This document shows, piece after piece, positions 11,101-21,917 of a stretch of DNA of 64,000 nucleotides. This stretch comes from an uncultured Acidobacteriota bacterium. GTDB lineage: Bacteria; Acidobacteriota; Thermoanaerobaculia; Multivoradales; UBA5704. The position numbers were made by a program, and so were the translations under genes. How positions within the stretch are numbered: position 1 is the stretch's first letter; each line of letters begins with the position of its first letter. The stretch covers positions 800,001 to 864,000 of the forward strand of contig CAVYRF010000002.1 of assembly GCA_963770895.1 (NCBI GenBank), written 5' to 3'. Under the pieces are notes generated by a model. It was not told the origin of the DNA and did not search any database. It was given only the letters and a program-made list of their open reading frames with translations.

Positions 11101-11537
11101 TTGATTTGAAAATTGAGAAAGCGCGACACGTCGTCGTAGTCGCTTTCGGCGAAGGAGACGACCTTCTGCAGCGACGCCTCTTCCGCCGTGTAGTAGTACA
11201 CGTTGAAGTGCGGCGAATGGTAGATGTGCCAATCGAAGTGGCGGTAGTTGATCTTGTTCTGACCGAAGCCGTACCCCTGGATGTCGGGGCCGAAGCTCTC
11301 CTGCGCCTGGAGCGATGCGGCCCCGGGCGCAAAGGGCGCCAGCGGCGAGACCAGCCCAACCAGCGCCAGCAGCACCACGAGACCCGGCAGCCGGCGCGCG
11401 GCCAGCGCCATTCGCAGCATCCGAGCGGGGCGAGCGGGGCGCGCCGGGAGCGCAGCCGGCAGATCCAGCAGATTGACGCCGCGGGTACGCTCCCGCGGAC
11501 CCGACCGATGGTGTGACAACGGGGATGGGCGGCTCAC
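8133..11537 (-). CDS. Omp85/BamA-family barrel protein with N-terminal HExxH peptidase-like domain and PD40 (TolB-like) repeats; start probably about 11420-11480
   Basis: HELTH...WFIEGMA, several (F/Y)SPDGK repeats, GGLDTIRGVD lid motif, C-terminal Phe (IGTRF). Confidence 0.82.
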   Translation of the reverse strand: MSRPSPLSHHRSGPRERTRGVNLLDLPAALPARPARPARMLRMALAARRLPGLVVLLALVGLVSPLAPFAPGAASLQAQESFGPDIQGYGFGQNKINYRHFDWHIYHSPHFNVYYYTAEEASLQKVVSFAESDYDDVSRFLNFQIKEPTPLIFFATHSAFEQNNVILDFIPEGIGAFASPIRFRMVLPIDDPDGELVALIRHELTHIFQYHILFQGSMTRALSSNLPTWFIEGMASYVGRDEKVRDTMYLRDAVVNDIIPPITRVDIGGFFAYRFGHAVFAFIEDRWGHEGFLDFLFEMRNTIGSRVDRAVKRAFKMDAEEFDTEFRRWLRKKYLPSLIATGEPSDFGRIFRVQEDRGTYETSPVASPSGDLVASFSAYRGKVDVVLLDARKRRLIRNLTKPWSSKYQYLIAQELETGRRLGRDLSFSPDGNSIAVFAKRERGRSLLILDAVNGGIRRIIDMDEIEQENAPAFSPDGKKVAFSGTKDGKFDIFVLDLDSTTITRLTDDTIFDGAPSFAPDGKSIILVSVVGAGSHAKLFRIDLDKPGVRIPVTSGDTNENDPIYSPDGKRVYFTSDRGGRENIYSIELASGELRQYTNVVSGAFMPTPLKEREGEERLVYTGYWRTVFDLYETGTSEPFAKFAHAGPSLPGGVVVDMTVPGSTAAAAATGNVAATTAASATAAAASSSAANAAAAVAAGGPPATPPSAAAAAPETGTAAPAPGTAAAPGTPSVAAPATAAATTAAEAAAAATTAGGPTAPSAGEPDLAPFEPDIQVTIDRANMGNYGGYKFFLEDAAAYAGIDTQNTYTGRILLTFSDQLGDHRIIADFSAIETYSNFNLIYADLANRIQWSVRAFDLREYYIGYNLNSSLQVVRGAQVFEETGVIGNLTLPISFYHRFELGLGYMIRRINYTEVLSLPTGASAPVITPSDDNFPVVTAALVGDSSLDAGYGPFTGARYRLDALYAPGVNGGGSTLYSNVQVDARKYFQLTQRSNFAFRVWGGLADGSRPTPFFIGGLDTIRGVDFRSLIGDRAFFANAEFRFPLIDVLNTPVLGFRSIRGNLFIDTGGAWFHQVESFQFYSEKQHALIDGIASYGGGFTVNLLGLDLNLDLAKVTTIKTTQSLATDFWIGTRF

Positions 11538-11555
11538 GCGGTCTCCTTTGCGCCT

Positions 11556-12266
11556 TTACTCCGTGAAAAGAATGCGGCTGGCTTCGACCTCTTTCACCGT
11601 GAAGACGTTGACCACACGGTCTTCGAGGGCGCGCAGGTTTTCGAACATTCCCGCCAGGGGATCTGCTTTCTGGCCCTGAAAATTCTGGAAGTCCTTGAAG
11701 TTGTCCTGGTAGAGCAGGGCGCCCGTCTTGCCGTCGTAGACCTGCATCAGGATGTCGTACTGAAAGCCCGTCTGCTCGACCAGCACCTGCCGGTACAGAG
11801 GCTGCGCGCTGTACGGAGAGGTGTACTCCTCGGTCTTGTAGCCGCTGCGGTCCTGCACGTCGAAGTCGATGCCGCCGGTCAGGATGAGGTCGGCATTGGT
11901 GCGCTCGCCGATGCCGCGCCAGAGATCCACGTGGCGAGGCAGCTGCTCGAAATCGTAGGTCGGAAACTCGATCGCACCGGCATCGATCACCTTGAGCTCG
12001 GTTTCCCGCCGCAGCACCTTGAGCAGGTAACGGCCAAATTCCTTCTGCACGTCGATGTTGCGGCCCTGCAGCTTGCTCTCCCCTTCCTTGGTGACCACCG
12101 CGAACTGGGTGACGGCGATCGACTTGCGGCCCTGCAGGTTGAGGCGGGCGCGCTGCGGCAGCTTCAGCTTCACCTCGATCGACCCGGCGAGCAGAGGCGC
12201 CGCCAGCAAGCACAGACCGACGCAGAAACGGAGGACGAAAGACCGGGAACGCTGGTGGCGCTGCAC
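11556..12266 (-). CDS. Exported hypothetical protein
   Basis: GTG 12266 after GGAGG; signal peptide FCVGLCLLAAPLLA; strong codon bias; lies between the TPR and Omp85 genes. Confidence 0.7.
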   Translation of the reverse strand: MQRHQRSRSFVLRFCVGLCLLAAPLLAGSIEVKLKLPQRARLNLQGRKSIAVTQFAVVTKEGESKLQGRNIDVQKEFGRYLLKVLRRETELKVIDAGAIEFPTYDFEQLPRHVDLWRGIGERTNADLILTGGIDFDVQDRSGYKTEEYTSPYSAQPLYRQVLVEQTGFQYDILMQVYDGKTGALLYQDNFKDFQNFQGQKADPLAGMFENLRALEDRVVNVFTVKEVEASRILFTE

Positions 12267-12298
12267 GTGAGTTCCTCCTTGGAGTCCAGCGGCCAGAG

Positions 12299-12916
12299 CT
12301 AGGGCGTGGTCAGCGCGCCCGCGGGCGGCGGCACGTTTGGTGGTGGTGGTTGCGGCGCCACGGTGGGCGGCGCCGGCGGCGTCACCGGCTGCGGCGCCTG
12401 CGGACCCTGCGGCTGGCCGGGGAGCGGCGGCGCCGCCGGCGGCTCGTCCGGCTTGGCGGGCGGCGCGGCGCCGGGCGGGGGCGGGTTGGGGGGGCTGGAA
12501 GAGGCGCCCGACTTGCCCCCGGCCGTTGCCGGCGGCGCCTGCATGCGGCTGCCGAACTTGCCCTCCTTGCCCTTTTGCGGCGTCTTGTAGCTCTGGTAGA
12601 ACTCGACGAAACGGGAGTAGTTGGCCCGCACCTGCTTGTCGTTGGGAGTCAGCTGCAAGGCCTTCTTGTAATACTCCAGCGCTCGCTCGAAGTCGCCACG
12701 AGCCTCGTAGGCGACCGCCAGGTTGCTCTGCACGTGCGAGTTGGAGGGGTCGGCCTTTTCCGCCTGCTGGAAGCGGAAGATCGCTTCGTTCCACAACCCG
12801 CGTTTGGCCATGTCGACGCCAAAGGCAAGGTCGGTGCCGGCGAGGCCTGGCTTGCCATAGCCGGTGCACGACAGAAGCGGTACGGCAGCGACGAGAAACA
12901 CGAGGGCAGCACGCAT
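12299..12916 (-). CDS. TPR-repeat lipoprotein with Pro-rich tail
   Basis: MRAALVFLVAAVPLLSC lipobox-like; WNEAIFRFQQA..DP, NLAVAYEARGDFERALEYYKKAL. Confidence 0.8.
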   Translation of the reverse strand: MRAALVFLVAAVPLLSCTGYGKPGLAGTDLAFGVDMAKRGLWNEAIFRFQQAEKADPSNSHVQSNLAVAYEARGDFERALEYYKKALQLTPNDKQVRANYSRFVEFYQSYKTPQKGKEGKFGSRMQAPPATAGGKSGASSSPPNPPPPGAAPPAKPDEPPAAPPLPGQPQGPQAPQPVTPPAPPTVAPQPPPPNVPPPAGALTTP

Positions 12917-13186
12917 CGGCGTCGATTGGCGTATCAAAATCTGGCTCCCGGTATGCAGGGAATCTCCTGTTCTGCGCCGAGTATACATTCTTCTTGCCCG
13001 ACAGCGCATGCCCATTTCGAGGAAACACCAGCTCTCTGCCTCATGAGGCCCGAAAACCCGCCGCCAGGTTCATCGGCGCCGCTTCCAGATTCGTGCTTTT
13101 TTTGCCCTGCCATTTCCGTCTCCCTGGATAAGGAGCAAGCCTCGCACCGCTCCGCCGGCAGCGAGGCAGCCAGAAAGAGGAGACGC

Positions 13187-14215
13187 ATGAGCTGCATACA
13201 TCCCGCCGCCGACCACCCCACCGCCCGCGACCTCTTGATTGCCCTTCATGTCGATCGGCGGCTGCCCCTGGCCCACAAGCGCCGCCTTGCCGCCAGCATC
13301 GTCCGCCGCACCGCTGCGTCCGGCGCGGCCGGCCCCAACCCGCAGCTGCCGCCCGCGGCCGTGGCGCTGCTCGCGCCGCTGCTGCCGCTGGCCGCCGCCG
13401 AAGAGGCCGCCGCCGCCACGTTGGGGGCGCGCCTGGTCACCGTCGCCGACGCCGACTTTCCGCCGGTCCTGGCCCACCTGGCGCAGGCAACGCAGGCGAC
13501 GCAAACGGCAGCCAGCTCGGACGGGCAGCACACGGAGCGCGCGATCGGGCTGGCGCCGCCCTGGGTGTTGACCGTTCGTGGCGCCCTGCCCAGCCTGCCC
13601 GCCGTGGCCATCGTCGGCTCGCGGCAGGCGGATCTCTATGGCCGCGAAACCGCCCGCCGCTTCGCGCAGCAGCTGGCCGGCGCCGGCATCGCGGTGGTAT
13701 CCGGCCTTGCCCGCGGCATCGACGCCGCGGCCCACGCCGGCGCGCTGGCCGCCGGCGGCGGCGTGACCGTCGCCGTGCTGGGCTGCGGCCTGGGTGTCGA
13801 CTATCCGCGCGATCACGCCCAGCTGGCGGCGGCGATCTCGCGGCGTGGCGCCGTCGTCAGCGAATTCACCTGCGACACGCCGCCTCGGCGGTGGCAGTTC
13901 AACCGGCGAGGGCGTACCCTGGCCGCCCTGTGTGCGCTGACTCTGGTGGTGCAGGCGACGCCGCGTTCGGGCGCCTTGGTCACGGCGGCGCACGCCCGCT
14001 CCCTGGGGCGCCTGGTGTGCGCCATTCCCGGACCTGTCGGCACTCCACTCTCGTGGGGGCCCAACTGGCTGCTGCAACAGGGCAGCGCCTGGTTGGTCAG
14101 CGATCCGGGCGACGTCCTCGACCTGCTGACCGGCATTGCCGACGGCCCTTTGCCGCGCCGCGCGCGCCCGCGTGCGCAAGCCCGCGAGCCGCGCGCAAGA
14201 TGCGGCGAAGGGTGA
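13187..14215 (+). CDS. dprA: DNA-processing protein DprA
   Basis: VAIVGSR, VVSGLARGIDAAAH, TVAVLGCG, SGALVTA; ATG 13187 after GAGGAG; upstream of topA. Confidence 0.88.
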   Translation: MSCIHPAADHPTARDLLIALHVDRRLPLAHKRRLAASIVRRTAASGAAGPNPQLPPAAVALLAPLLPLAAAEEAAAATLGARLVTVADADFPPVLAHLAQATQATQTAASSDGQHTERAIGLAPPWVLTVRGALPSLPAVAIVGSRQADLYGRETARRFAQQLAGAGIAVVSGLARGIDAAAHAGALAAGGGVTVAVLGCGLGVDYPRDHAQLAAAISRRGAVVSEFTCDTPPRRWQFNRRGRTLAALCALTLVVQATPRSGALVTAAHARSLGRLVCAIPGPVGTPLSWGPNWLLQQGSAWLVSDPGDVLDLLTGIADGPLPRRARPRAQAREPRARCGEG

Positions 14216-14384
14216 CACCCCGCGGCTTGCGAGCGGCGGCGAGCCGGTGGTACTGTCCGCCCTTCCGGCAGCCGGACCCTTGGCCGGAGCCAGGTCACGC
14301 CGCGCGATGGGGGCGGGGGCATCTCGGGGTCTCCCAAGCGTAGAGAGCGGTGAGGGCACGAAATAAGGAGGGCGCCTCGCGGCG

Positions 14385-16829
14385 TTGGTAAGCACCGTGG
14401 CAAAAAATCTACTGATCGTCGAGAGTCCCGCCAAAACCCGCACCCTGAAGAAGTTCCTCGGCAGGCAGTACGCCGTGGAAGCCTCCGTCGGCCACATCCG
14501 CGACCTGGTGAAGAAGGGCATGGGGATCGGTCCCAGCTACGAGCCCCACTACGAAGTCCTGGCCAATAAGAAGGACGTGGTCAAGAAGCTGCGCGACGCG
14601 GCCAAGAAGGCGGAGACGGTCTATCTGGCCCCCGACCCCGACCGCGAAGGCGAAGCGATCGCCTGGCACATCTTCGAGGTGCTCGGCAAGGACGCCAGCG
14701 CGGTACGCCGCGTCACGTTCAACGAAATCACCCAGCGCGCGGTGCTGGCGGCGCTGGAATCGCCTGGCGAAATCGACTTCAAAAAGGTGGATGCGCAGCA
14801 GGCGCGGCGCGTGCTCGACCGGCTGATGGGGTTCCGGCTGTCGCCGCTGCTGTGGGAAAAGGTCAAGCAGGGGCTTTCGGCCGGACGCGTGCAATCGGTG
14901 GCGCTCAAGATGGTCTGCGATCGCCAGGCCGAGATCGAAGCGTTTCAGCCCGTCGAGTACTGGAACCTGAGCGCCGACCTGGCCGCCTCCCAGCCGCCGC
15001 CCTTCATCGCCCGCCTGCACCGCATCGCCGGCAAGAAAGCCGAAGTCGGCAACGGCACCCTGGCCGCCACGATCGTGCGCGACCTGGAAGGCGGCAGCTT
15101 TGTGGTGCGCACGATCGAACGCAAGGAAGCCCAGCAGAAACCGGGCGCGCCGTTCATCACCAGCCGCCTGCAGCAGGAAGCAGCCCGCCGCTTCGGCTTC
15201 TCGGTAAAGCGCACGATGGCGCTGGCCCAGGGGCTCTATGAAGGACGCGAAGTGGGCGACCGTGGCGCAGTGGGCCTGATCACCTACATGCGCACCGATT
15301 CGACGCGGGTCAGCGACGAAGCGTTGGAGGCGGCGCGCGACTTCGTCGCCACCGCCTACGGCGCGGCGGCGCTGCCCGAAAGCGCCAACCGGTACGCCTC
15401 CAAAAAGGGCGCGCAAGACGCGCACGAAGCGATCCGCCCGACCACCTTCGAACTGCCGCCGGACACGGTCAAGGACTGGCTGAAGCCCGACGAGCTCAAG
15501 CTGTACAAGCTGATCTGGGACCGCTTCATCGCCTCGCAGATGCTGCCGGCGCTCTACGACGTGACGCAGGTGGACATCGAAAACGGCCGCTACACGCTGC
15601 GTGCCAGCGGCCGAGTGCTCAAGCGCGAAGGCTTTCTGGCCCTGTACCGGGAAACCCCGGACGAAGACGCCGGCGCCGGGGCGGATGCGCCTGGCGCAAA
15701 CGGCAATGGCGCCCATGGCGCGGACGGCGCAGGCGGCGCAGGCAAAGCTGACGGCGACGCCGGCACCGCGGAAGGTGCGGACGCCGCGAGCGGCGCCAAC
15801 GCCCTGCTGCCGCAGCTCGCCCAGGGCGAAGTGCTCAAGCTGCGCCGCCTCAACAGCGAGCAGAAGTTCACCCAGCCGCCGGCCCAGTACAGTGAAGCCA
15901 CCCTGGTCAAGGCGCTGGAAGAGAACGGCATCGGCCGGCCCTCGACCTACGCCACCATCCTTTCCACCCTGACCGAGCGCGATTACGTGGACAAGGTGGA
16001 GGCGCGCTTCATCCCCAGCGCCCTGGGGCGGCTGGTCAACGACATGCTGCAGAAGGGCTTTCACGACATCCTGAACGAAGGGTACACGGCGGCGCTCGAA
16101 GAGCAGCTCGACGAGATCGAAGACGGGAACCTCGATTGGCGGCAGGCGGTCACCAACTTCGACCAGAAGTTCACCCACGACCTTGAGCTGGCCGGCGAAC
16201 AGATGCCCAACGTCAAGCGCGACGGCGTGCCGCTCGACGAAACCTGCCCCGACTGCGGTTCCGGCTTGCTGATGCGCTTCGGCCGTTACGGCACCTTCGT
16301 CGGTTGCAGCAACTACCCGCAGTGCAAATACACCCGCGACCTGGCACCGGCCGCGGCTCCCGGCAAGAGCGCCGCCGCCGCCGGGCAAGCAGGTGCCGCT
16401 GGCGCGACGGGCGAAGCGGCGGCGCCGGCGGCAGCCGAAGAGATCCCCCCCTGCGAAGAATGCGGCAAGCCGATGGCCCTGCGCCGCAGCCGCTTTGGCA
16501 CCTTCTACGGCTGCACCGGCTATCCCGACTGCAAAGGCATCCGCAAGATCGGTCCGCAGGCAGAGGCGCCCAAGCCGACGGGCGTCGCCTGTCCCGACTG
16601 CGGCAAGGGCGAAATCGAAGAAAAGCGCTCGCGCCGCGGCAAGATCTTCTACTCCTGCAACCGCTATCCCGACTGCAAGTTCGCGCTATGGAACCGCCCG
16701 GTGGCCAAGCCCTGCCCCGACTGCGGCGCCCCCTTCCTGCTGGAAAAGACCACCAAGCGGGACGGCACCCGTCTCATCTGCAACACCGAAGGCTGCGGCC
16801 ACATCGAACACGTCGAACCCGCCGCCTAG
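14385..16829 (+). CDS. topA: DNA topoisomerase I
   Basis: LIVESPAK, DPDREGEAI, SAGRVQS, LITYMRTDS, GIGRPSTY, C-terminal zinc ribbons. Confidence 0.98.
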   Translation: MVSTVAKNLLIVESPAKTRTLKKFLGRQYAVEASVGHIRDLVKKGMGIGPSYEPHYEVLANKKDVVKKLRDAAKKAETVYLAPDPDREGEAIAWHIFEVLGKDASAVRRVTFNEITQRAVLAALESPGEIDFKKVDAQQARRVLDRLMGFRLSPLLWEKVKQGLSAGRVQSVALKMVCDRQAEIEAFQPVEYWNLSADLAASQPPPFIARLHRIAGKKAEVGNGTLAATIVRDLEGGSFVVRTIERKEAQQKPGAPFITSRLQQEAARRFGFSVKRTMALAQGLYEGREVGDRGAVGLITYMRTDSTRVSDEALEAARDFVATAYGAAALPESANRYASKKGAQDAHEAIRPTTFELPPDTVKDWLKPDELKLYKLIWDRFIASQMLPALYDVTQVDIENGRYTLRASGRVLKREGFLALYRETPDEDAGAGADAPGANGNGAHGADGAGGAGKADGDAGTAEGADAASGANALLPQLAQGEVLKLRRLNSEQKFTQPPAQYSEATLVKALEENGIGRPSTYATILSTLTERDYVDKVEARFIPSALGRLVNDMLQKGFHDILNEGYTAALEEQLDEIEDGNLDWRQAVTNFDQKFTHDLELAGEQMPNVKRDGVPLDETCPDCGSGLLMRFGRYGTFVGCSNYPQCKYTRDLAPAAAPGKSAAAAGQAGAAGATGEAAAPAAAEEIPPCEECGKPMALRRSRFGTFYGCTGYPDCKGIRKIGPQAEAPKPTGVACPDCGKGEIEEKRSRRGKIFYSCNRYPDCKFALWNRPVAKPCPDCGAPFLLEKTTKRDGTRLICNTEGCGHIEHVEPAA

Positions 16830-16846
16830 CCTAGTGTCCCGCCCGG
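16830..16846 (+). repeat. 17-bp direct repeat, copy 1 (CCTAGTGTCCCGCCCGG)
   Basis: 16/17 identical to 17411-17427; the pair flanks the DinB-family gene. Confidence 0.65.
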
Positions 16847-16896
16847 TCGAGCCGGCGCCGCGGTGATGCCGGCGCGGACTCGACCGGGCCTGACGG

Positions 16897-17388
16897 TCAG
16901 GCCTTGGCGGGAGGCCAGTCGCCGAGCAGGCGGCGCAGGGTCACGACCTGTCCGATGTGGTAGGCGTTGTGGTCGGCGGCCAACATGGCTTCCCGCAGCA
17001 AGGTCTGGCCCTTGCCGTGGGCGAAGGGCGTCCACAGGTCCGCATCCGGGTCGGACACCAGCTGTTCCATCGCCTGCAGGTCGGCGCGGAACGCGGCCAC
17101 CGCGGCGTCCCAGGCGTGGTCGTCGGGCGGCTCGACCGTCGCCGGCCAGTAGCCCTGCGGCCACGGCGGCGAAACGTGGGCAGGATCGCGGCTGAACTCC
17201 AGGATGTCCGACTGGGCCAGACGCAGGTGCTCCAGCAGCTGCCACAGGGAATGGTCGACCCCTTCCGGCCGGGCGCCGCGCAAGCCGGCCGGCACGTTCC
17301 GCAGCGCCCCCTCGAAGTCAACGTGGGCGTGGTCGCCGCGCAGCAGCTCGGCAAGGTGGTCGCGGAGGGCTTTGTCGTTTTCGCTCAT
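16897..17388 (-). CDS. DinB family protein
   Basis: HAH, SLWQLLEHLRLAQ.DILEF, LLREAMLAADHNAYHIGQ; ATG 17388. Confidence 0.85.
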   Translation of the reverse strand: MSENDKALRDHLAELLRGDHAHVDFEGALRNVPAGLRGARPEGVDHSLWQLLEHLRLAQSDILEFSRDPAHVSPPWPQGYWPATVEPPDDHAWDAAVAAFRADLQAMEQLVSDPDADLWTPFAHGKGQTLLREAMLAADHNAYHIGQVVTLRRLLGDWPPAKA

Positions 17389-17410
17389 GCCCGGCATCCT
17401 ACCCCGAGAC

Positions 17411-17427
17411 CCTGGTGTCCCGCCCGG
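17411..17427 (+). repeat. 17-bp direct repeat, copy 2 (CCTGGTGTCCCGCCCGG)
   Basis: Matches 16830-16846. Confidence 0.65.
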
Positions 17428-17467
17428 CTGCAAGTTCTGCCCCACATGCAACTAGAATCGTGGCGCG

Positions 17468-18910
17468 ATGCACGCCCCTGACGCCAGCGAACCTGCCGGA
17501 CCTGCGACCCCGCCGGCGACGACGGCACCCGTGTGGGTGGTGGGCGGCGGCCTGGCGGGCGCCGAGTGCGCCTACCAGCTGGCGACGCGCGGCGTACCGG
17601 TGGTGCTGTACGAAATGCGCCCCAGCCAGCCGACGCCGGCGCACAAGACGGGCGACTTGGCGGAGCTGGTGTGCAGCAACTCGCTGCGCAGCGACGACCC
17701 GTTCCACGCGGCGGGGCTGCTCAAACGCGAGATGGAGGCCTGCGGTTCGCTGATCATCGCCGCGGCGCGCACCGCGGCGGTGCCGGCGGGCAGCGCCCTG
17801 GCGGTCGACCGGGAGCGCTTCGCGGCGCAGGTCACGGCAACGCTGGCCAGCCACCCTGGCATCGAGCTGCGGCGCCAGGAGCTGACTGCGATCCCGCGCG
17901 ACCGGGACGTGGTCATCGCCACCGGACCGTTGAGCTCGCCGGCGATGGCGGCCGCCCTGCAGGAGCTGCTGGGCAGCGAATACCTTTACTTCTATGACGC
18001 GATCGCGCCGATCGTCGAAGCGGACAGCCTGGACGAAAGCCTTCTGTTCTGGCAGTCGCGCTACGGCAAGGGCGGCGACGACTACCTCAACGCGCCGCTC
18101 GACCGCGCCCAGTACGAGGCGTTCCATGCGGCGCTCCTGGCCGCCGAGGTGGTGACGCCGCACGAGTTCGAAAAGGCGGTGTTCTTTGAGGGCTGCCTGC
18201 CGATCGAGGAGCTGGCGCGGCGCGGCACCGATACCCTGCGCTACGGGCCAATGAAGCCCGTCGGCCTGCGCGGCCCCGACGGGCGGCGCCCCTGGGCGGT
18301 GGTGCAGCTGCGGCAGGAAACGCTGGCGCGGCGCCAGTTCAACCTGGTCGGCTTCCAATCGCGCATGAAGTGGGGCGAGCAGCAGCGCGTGCTGCGCCTG
18401 ATTCCCGGCCTGGCGCAGGCCGAGTTCGTGCGCTTCGGCCAGATCCATCGCAATACGTTCGTCAACTCTCCGCGCCATCTGGACCCGCAGTACAGGGTGC
18501 GATCGGCGCCGTCGGTACGGCTTGCCGGCCAGCTCACCGGCGTCGAAGGCTACCTGGAATCGGCGGCGACCGGCCTGGCGATCGGCCTCTACCTGAGCGG
18601 CGAACGCCGCGGGCGAACGCCGGCGCCGCTGCCGCCGACAACGGCGCTGGGGGCGCTCGCCCGTCACCTCACCGAGTCGGACCCGCGCCATTTCCAGCCC
18701 GCCAACATCAACTACGGGCTGTTTCCCGAGCTGCCCGCCGCGCAGGGCCGCGCGCGCCGCGGCGATCACGGACCGGGCGGCCGGCGGGCCGCGATGGCGG
18801 CGCGGGCGGCCGGCGACCTGACCGCCTGGGCCGCGGCCGAAGGCTGGACGCTGCGCAGCGAGCCGCTGACACCGCTCGCGCCGGCAACGGCATCTCCGGC
18901 GGTGGCGTAG
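17468..18910 (+). CDS. trmFO: Folate/FAD-dependent tRNA (uracil-54)-methyltransferase TrmFO
   Basis: [45 protein letters not shown]. Confidence 0.96.
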   Translation: MHAPDASEPAGPATPPATTAPVWVVGGGLAGAECAYQLATRGVPVVLYEMRPSQPTPAHKTGDLAELVCSNSLRSDDPFHAAGLLKREMEACGSLIIAAARTAAVPAGSALAVDRERFAAQVTATLASHPGIELRRQELTAIPRDRDVVIATGPLSSPAMAAALQELLGSEYLYFYDAIAPIVEADSLDESLLFWQSRYGKGGDDYLNAPLDRAQYEAFHAALLAAEVVTPHEFEKAVFFEGCLPIEELARRGTDTLRYGPMKPVGLRGPDGRRPWAVVQLRQETLARRQFNLVGFQSRMKWGEQQRVLRLIPGLAQAEFVRFGQIHRNTFVNSPRHLDPQYRVRSAPSVRLAGQLTGVEGYLESAATGLAIGLYLSGERRGRTPAPLPPTTALGALARHLTESDPRHFQPANINYGLFPELPAAQGRARRGDHGPGGRRAAMAARAAGDLTAWAAAEGWTLRSEPLTPLAPATASPAVA

Positions 18911-18911
18911 G

Positions 18912-19880
18912 TTGCGGCGCCTGATCCATCGCTTTTTGGAACACATCGCCGCCGAGCGCAACCTGTCGGCGCACACGGTGCGCGCCTATGAGAGCGATCT
19001 GCTGCGCTTCCTCGATTTTCTGGCGCGCGACTTTCTGGCCCGGCCGGCAGACCAGGTGGAGCCGCGGGACGTGGACGGGCTCGCGGTCCGCTCCCACCTG
19101 GCGGCCCTGCATGCCGCCGGGCAGGGGCGGCGCAGCCAGGCGCGGGCGCTGTCGGCGATCCGCAGCCTGCTGCGTTTCGGCTGCCGCGAAGGGGTGCTGT
19201 CCGCCAACCCGGCCCAGGGCATCCCGACGCCGAAGCTGCCGAAGACCCTGCCGCGCCACCTGCGGCCCGCCGAAATGGAGGCCCTCCTGGAGGCGCCCGC
19301 CGCCGCCGCCGCCGCGCCTGCCGATCCCGCAGGGGACGGCGCGCAGCGGCTGGCGATCCGCGATCGGGCGCTGTTCGAGGTGCTCTACGCCACCGGCTTG
19401 CGCGTCGCCGAGCTGGTGGGGCTGGACTGGGGCGCCATCGACCTGCCGGGGCGGGTGCTGCGGGTGATGGGCAAGGGAGGCAAGGAGCGCATGGTGCCCT
19501 TCGGGCGGCCGGCCCTGGCCGCCCTGCGCTCCTGGCTCGCGGTGTGGGAGACGGTGCGTGCCGCCGGCGGCCCCGTCGCGGCGGCGACGGAGGAGCCGGT
19601 CTTCCTCAACCACCGTGGCGGCCGCCTTACCGACAGATCGGTGCGGCGCATCCTGGACCGCTGGGTCGAGACCACCGCCCTGGCCGGCGGCGTCCATCCT
19701 CATACGCTGCGCCACACCTTCGCCACCCACCTGCTCGAAAACGGCGCCGATCTGCGCACGATCCAGGAGCTGCTGGGGCACTCGTCGCTGTCGACGACGC
19801 AGAAATACACCCATGTCGAGGTGGATCGGCTGCTCAACGTCTACCGGCAGGCTCACCCGCGGGCGCGGCGCGACGGCTGA
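18912..19880 (+). CDS. xerC: Tyrosine recombinase XerC
   Basis: [49 protein letters not shown]; conserved trmFO-xerC-hslVU context. Confidence 0.92.
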   Translation: MRRLIHRFLEHIAAERNLSAHTVRAYESDLLRFLDFLARDFLARPADQVEPRDVDGLAVRSHLAALHAAGQGRRSQARALSAIRSLLRFGCREGVLSANPAQGIPTPKLPKTLPRHLRPAEMEALLEAPAAAAAAPADPAGDGAQRLAIRDRALFEVLYATGLRVAELVGLDWGAIDLPGRVLRVMGKGGKERMVPFGRPALAALRSWLAVWETVRAAGGPVAAATEEPVFLNHRGGRLTDRSVRRILDRWVETTALAGGVHPHTLRHTFATHLLENGADLRTIQELLGHSSLSTTQKYTHVEVDRLLNVYRQAHPRARRDG

Positions 19881-19976
19881 AAACGGCTGCCGTGGTGCCG
19901 TCGGCCCGTTCGCCAGGCGCGAAGGCGGCGATCTCGGCCGCTTCCACCGTGTTACCCCTGCTACAATCCTGCGCGC

Positions 19977-20519
19977 ATGGATACCTTCACAGCGACGACC
20001 GTGCTCCTCGTGCGCCGGAACGGGCAGGTCTGCATGGCCAGCGACGGTCAAGTGACGATGAACAACAGCACGGTGGTCAAGGCGGGCGCCCGCAAGGTGC
20101 GCCGCGCCGGCAAGGGCCAGGTGCTGGTCGGCTTCGCCGGCGGCGGCGCCGACGGCCTGGCTCTGCTCACCCGGCTGGATGAGAAGCTCGAAGAGTTCGG
20201 CGGCAACCTGGAGCGGGCGGTGGTCGAGCTGGCCAAGGAATGGCGCACCGATCGCGCCATGCGCCAGCTGCAGGCGATCATGCTGGTGACCGATCGCGAA
20301 CGCAGCTTCCTGGTGTCGGGCAACGGCGAGCTGCTGCAACCGGACGAAGACGACACCACACTTTCCATCGGCTCCGGCTCCAACTACGCGCTGGCGGCGG
20401 CGCGCGCGCTGCTGCGGCATACCGATCTGCCCGCCAGCGAAATCGTGCGTGAAGCGATGAAGATCGCGGCCGAGATCTGTATCTTCACCAACGACCGGCT
20501 GACCATCGAGGAGCTTTAG
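19977..20519 (+). CDS. hslV: ATP-dependent protease subunit HslV
   Basis: TTVL, DGQVT, GFAG, WRTDR, IGSGSNYA, ICIFTN. Confidence 0.96.
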   Translation: MDTFTATTVLLVRRNGQVCMASDGQVTMNNSTVVKAGARKVRRAGKGQVLVGFAGGGADGLALLTRLDEKLEEFGGNLERAVVELAKEWRTDRAMRQLQAIMLVTDRERSFLVSGNGELLQPDEDDTTLSIGSGSNYALAAARALLRHTDLPASEIVREAMKIAAEICIFTNDRLTIEEL

Positions 20520-20525
20520 GCGGCA

Positions 20526-21906
<1,381 letters not shown>

Positions 21907-21917
<11 letters not shown>

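Noticed and set aside
7770-11516. 1248-aa plus-strand ORF
   Set aside because: Antisense shadow of the Omp85 gene, typical of high-GC DNA, with no motifs.
18912-19880. Prophage or island integrase
   Set aside because: It sits in the conserved topA-trmFO-xerC-hslVU housekeeping cluster with no att sites or cargo.
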